DNA of 64,000 nucleotides from a bacterium (GTDB lineage Bacteria; Cyanobacteriota; Vampirovibrionia; Gastranaerophilales; JBAXKC01): NCBI GenBank assembly GCA_037137535.1, contig JBAXKC010000002.1, positions 85,186 to 149,185 of the forward strand, read 5' to 3'. Shown piece by piece: positions 63,601 to 64,000 of this stretch (position 1 is its first letter; each line of letters starts with the position of its first letter). The notes under the pieces were generated by a model. It saw only the letters and a program-made list of their open reading frames with translations, ran no database searches and was not told where the DNA came from. The position numbers and the translations under genes were made by a program.

Positions 63601-63949
63601 AGGTAACTCTTTAGATAATTCAATTACAGGTAATAGTGGTAATAATACACTTGACGGTGGATCAGGGAATAATACTTTAATAGGTGGAGCTGGTAATGAT
63701 ACATATATTGATACCTATATTGATGATGCCCCTAGTACAAATACCATAGTTGAAAAACTCAATGAAGGAATTGATACAGTAATATCAAATTATTATTTTG
63801 GATATACATTAGGTTCTAATATTGAAAATCTTACTCTAATTACGAATTCATATGATGCTGTTGGCGTTGGAAATGAATTAAATAATATTATTACAGGAAC
63901 TGGTTCTTCAAACATTATTGATGGTAAAGCAGGTGCTGATACAATGTGA
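51608..63949 (+). CDS. Giant RTX protein (4113 aa) with FrpC-like self-processing module; probably 3'-truncated by an IS
   Basis: AGGAGG RBS; hydrophobic Gly-rich N-domain; VDPLIIDLDGNG…TGWV…DRNNNGLIDDGGELFGD module; extensive GGxGxD and GNDTYxVD…ENLTLTG repeats; ends abruptly mid-repeat at GADTM*. Confidence 0.92.
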   Translation: MEHWIFFRTMYKNDGSSYDIYKQKDSSGHTTDYVYKYSSGVIERWHVNPIDGSFVNHERFNNIDEYSNKYSTNTSSTVNQPNYNTISFADTLGFNASEKEKRIRGNNAIVDGGAGMMILAIASTSATGARIGALLGSILGAPTGIGEVVIVPVGIVIGGVVGGVIGWLSPPAKSSELEKVLLPNPDGGPPLEYMLPKPPIPNGDGASNNPAFLGPFPTTGGTTPVYKVDPLIIDLDGNGFNLNNQATGAYFDLDKNGFAESTGWVSGNDIVLAMDRNNNGLIDDGGELFGDQTILKNGQKATSGVQALAELDTNADGKIDINDTNFGKLYGIKADGSIISLSDAGVKSISLTSTSTNEVINSNTLARTVNVTKTDGTIVKAGDFLLDRNVTDSIATDWVEISDDVAALPEVSSYGNVRWLSQAMQLDTTGTLKALVKQFTQSTDMKQRLILLDNILEKWTGSDSIDPASRGGYNAKKLAVVESFAGKYFMDDSHSIVQVGSTAAVAFDQSYTLLKNEVYAQLMSQSILKDLYSSIFTYNATDNTILFSLDAAKTKILADIAQTPEVGKQELFEFARSLKELKLADNDEYKSFYNSLATAPLYKSLIDASSSNNIIFSKDNETQTEGTGISDVVFGTATNNTIYSRQGNDVIFAGAGNDYLDSCQGDDVVYGEAGDDTILGGDGNDIISGGAGNDIINGGNGNDTYLFGTGDGNDIITDNFAYSTDAGIDTLKFTGTLKQTDIAVRGENSDLVITIKATGETIRLTDQFTPNFRIENFVFSDGTTLSYDNFIKLLQTQGTAGNDTITGSAFNEVIYGNAGNDTIDSPFSNDTIYGGDGNDIITSSYFYNDYFKVIYGEAGNDTIISSGGNDTISGGAGNDVINGGNGNDIYLFGNGDGNDIITDNISWATDAGNDTLKFIGTLKQTDIAVRGENSDLVITIKATGETIRLTDQFTPNFRIENFSFSDGTIVSFDNLLKSLQTQGTAGNDTITGSAFNEVIYGNAGNDTIDSPFSNDTIYGGDGNDIITSSYFYNDYFKVIYGESGNDTIASGGGNDTISGGAGNDVINGGNGNDTYLFGTGDGNDIIKDDNANSTDSGNDILKFTGTLKQTDIAVRGENSDLVITIKATGETIRLTDQFTPNYRIENFSFSDGTIVSFDNFLKSLQTQGTASNDTITGSYFDEVIYGNAGNDTIDSPFSNDTIYGGDGNDIITSSYFYNDYFKVIYGESGNDTIASGGGNDTISGGAGNDVINGGNGNDTYLFGTGDGNDIIKDDNAYSTDSGNDTLKFTGTIKQTDIAVRGENCDLVITIKATGETVRLVNQLTPNYRIENFVFSDGTSLTYDNLLKLIQIQGTAGNDIITGSYFSESIYGNAGNDIINSSDGDDFIDGGIGADTMIGGSGCDTYIVDNIGDVVTENLYEGTDSVYSSINYSLVTNVENLTLTGTTAVNGMGNTLNNSITGNAADNSLDGGVGSDTMIGGLGNDIYIVDNIGDIVTENLNEGTDLVKSSVNYSLGANIENLTLTSTTAINGIGNDLNNSITGYTGNNYIDGGAGDDYIDGGIGADTMIGGLGNDTYIVDNIGDIVTETSTLAIEIDSVNSIINYTLGANIENLTLSGTTAINGTGNELDNSIAGNSAANILTGGAGNDTINGGAGNDTMIGGIGNDTYYVDVATDVIIENLNEGTDTVNSSINYSLTTNIENLTLTGSTAINATGNTLNNYIVGNTLNNIIDGGLGIDTMVGGTGDDTYTVDVSTDVIVENTNEGTDSINSSTSYTLGANIENLTLSGTTAINGTGNELDNSIAGNSAANILTGGAGNDTINGGAGNDTMIGGIGNDTYYVDVTTDTIIENTNEGIDTINSTTSYTLGANLENLTLTGTTVINGTGNELDNSIAGNSAANILTGGAGNDTINGGAGNDTMIGGIGNDTYYVDVATDVIIENLNEGIDTVNSIASYTLAANIENLTLTGNTAINATGNTLNNNIVGNGYSNIIDAGAGNDTIDGGLGIDTMIGGLGNDTYIVDNIGDIVTETSTLATEIDSVYSSVNYSLVTNVENLTLTGTTAVNGMGNTLNNSITGNAADNSLDGGVGSDTMIGGLGNDIYIVDNIGDIVTENLNEGTDLVKSSVNYSLGANIENLTLTSTTAINGIGNDLNNSITGYTGNNYIDGGAGDDYIDGGIGADTMIGGLGNDTYIVDNIGDIITETSTLATEIDTVNSSITYSLATNVENLTLTGSTAINGTGNALNNIITGNTGNNTLDGGIGIDTMIGGLGNDTYYVDNSGDVISENLNEGIDAVSSTASYSLSTNIENLTLTGTAAINGIGNVLNNSISGNAANNTLDGGLGADAMSGGLGNDTYIVDNIGDIVTETSTLATEIDSVYSSVNYSLVTNVENLTLTGTTAVNGMGNTLNNSITGNAADNSLDGGVGSDTMIGGLGNDIYIVDNIGDIVTENLNEGTDLVKSSVNYSLGANIENLTLTSTTAINGIGNDLNNSITGYTGNNYIDGGAGDDYIDGGIGADTMIGGLGNDTYIVDNIGDIITETSTLATEIDTVNSSITYSLATNVENLTLTGSTAINGTGNALNNIITGNTGNNTLDGGIGIDTMIGGLGNDTYYVDNSGDVISENLNEGIDAVSSTASYSLSTNIENLTLTGTAAINGIGNVLNNSISGNAANNTLDGGLGADAMSGGLGNDTYIVDNIGDIVTETSTLATEIDSVYSSVNYSLVTNVENLTLTGTTAVNGMGNTLNNSITGNAADNSLDGGVGSDTMIGGLGNDIYIVDNIGDIVTENLNEGTDLVKSSVNYSLGANIENLTLTSTTAINGTGNDLNNIITGNAGNNTLDGGIGIDTMIGGLGNDTYIVDNIGDIVTESLNEGTDLVYSSVNYSLSANLENLTLTGTTAINGTGNVLNNSISGNAGNNTLDGGLGADTMTGGLGNDTYIVDNIGDIVTESLNEGTDLVYSSVNYSLVTNVENLTLTGTTAVNGMGNTLNNSITGNAADNSLDGGVGSDTMIGGLGNDIYIVDNIGDIVTENLNEGTDLVKSSVNYSLGANIENLTLTSTTAINGIGNDLSNSLTGNAGNNYIDGGAGDDYIDGGIGADTMIGGLGNDTYIVENSNDICIENSEEGIDTVNSSTTYTLSNNVENLTLTGSTAINGTGNELDNTIIGNSVANKLMGGNGNDVLNGGASADTMIGGTGDDTYFVDNIGDVIIESEDEGDDTINSYVTYTLSSNVENLTLAGSSALNGKGNDLDNVIIGNSNANTLNGGLGQDLIAGGLGNDIYIVDNIGDVVIENVNEGTDTINTSVSYTLSANVENLTLIETDNIDAIGNELNNILIGNASNNIIDGCFGADVMSGGAGNDTYIIDNTGDIVTESTNSGVDTALSTINYILANNIENLILAGSDDINGTGNTLNNIITGNDGNNILNGGAGIDTLVGGFGNDTYIVDTITDIIIECEDYAGIDIVQSSVSYTLGEFVENLTLTGTLGLNGTGNSLDNSIIGNSGNNTLDGAAGNNTLIGGLGNDTYIIDDSPSANTIVEKINEGIDTVISNYYLGYILGSNIENLTLIADSDYSEGKGNELNNMIIGSNSSNIIDGGLGTDTMIGGKGNDTYFIDNIGDLIIESANEGIDTVNSSISYSLLTTIENLQLIGTANINGTGNTLNNIITGNDGNNTLNGGAGIDTLVGGFGDDTYVVDTITDIIIECDPQYEGYAGVDTVQSSVSYTLGEFVENLTLTGTLGLNGTGNSLDNSITGNSGNNTLDGGSGNNTLIGGAGNDTYIDTYIDDAPSTNTIVEKLNEGIDTVISNYYFGYTLGSNIENLTLITNSDDAVGVGNELNNIIIGSNSSNIIDGGLGSDTMIGGKSNDTYFIDNIGDLIIESANEGIDTVNSSISYSLLTTIENLQLIGTANINGTGNTLNNIITGNDGNNTLNGGAGIDTLVGGFGDDTYVVDTITDIIIECDPQYEGYAGVDTVQSSVSYTLGEFVENLTLTGTLGLNGTGNSLDNSITGNSGNNTLDGGSGNNTLIGGAGNDTYIDTYIDDAPSTNTIVEKLNEGIDTVISNYYFGYTLGSNIENLTLITNSYDAVGVGNELNNIITGTGSSNIIDGKAGADTM
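53660..55740 (+). repeat. About 3.7 tandem copies of a 555-bp (185-aa) unit
   Basis: Equivalent positions (GGAACAGC…, encoding QGTAGND) at 54001, 54556, 55111, 55666; boundaries approximate. Confidence 0.85.
57650..60069 (+). repeat. About 2.4 near-identical tandem copies of a 1011-bp (337-aa) unit
   Basis: Equivalent positions at 57671, 58682, 59693; copies appear identical by eye. Confidence 0.88.
61820..63890 (+). repeat. About 2.7 tandem copies of a 747/768-bp unit
   Basis: Equivalent positions at 61832, 62579, 63347; the last two copies are nearly identical. Confidence 0.85.
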
Positions 63950-64000
63950 CATGCCCCCAAAAAATCCCCCTATTTAAAACTTAGTGACTCCTATGTAAAA
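63947..64000. mobile_element. Probable terminal inverted repeat of an IS3-family insertion sequence (continues beyond the window)
   Basis: RTX repeat sequence switches abruptly to TGACATGCCCCCAAAAAATCCCCC…; a 5'-TG start and TGAC(A/C)TGCCCCC resemble IS3-family ends; the TGA supplies the RTX stop. Confidence 0.65.

Noticed and set aside
55800-63900. Regularly spaced repeats as a possible CRISPR array or DGR template
   Set aside because: All repeats are in-frame coding RTX units with no unique spacers, and there is no cas or reverse transcriptase gene in the window.

Overview
AT-rich bacterial chromosomal window; the gene content is consistent with an anaerobic fermenter, possibly a non-photosynthetic cyanobacterial relative such as Gastranaerophilales (inference only). 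1-10.4 kb: housekeeping genes (pgeF, uppS, rdgB, rpe, rnc, cdsA, frr, pyrH) plus a PfkB-family kinase, missed by the ORF track, that carries an internal 2x[4Fe-4S] ferredoxin domain. 10.6-20.7 kb: an argCJBD-carAB-argG operon preceded by what looks like a complete leader-peptide transcription attenuator (promoter, 22-codon uORF with three Arg codons, antiterminator, intrinsic terminator); this is the best candidate for an undescribed system. 21-24 kb: a TPR gene coupled to a truncated FlhA-like gene. 24-30 kb: a trimeric bifurcating-type [FeFe]-hydrogenase operon with rex and two Rex boxes. 30-43 kb: miscellaneous genes including an Rrf2-hcp cluster, MscS, a U32 protein, a HEAT-repeat protein, a histidine kinase and a CheY-like regulator. 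43-64 kb: an accessory region with two divergent RTX genes flanking decayed genes (large serine recombinase, HEPN toxin with intact MNT antitoxin, TM2 fragment). The 4113-aa RTX protein has an FrpC-like Asp-Pro self-processing module and recent internal tandem duplications, and appears truncated by an IS3-like insertion at the window edge. No rRNA, tRNA or CRISPR array was recognised.
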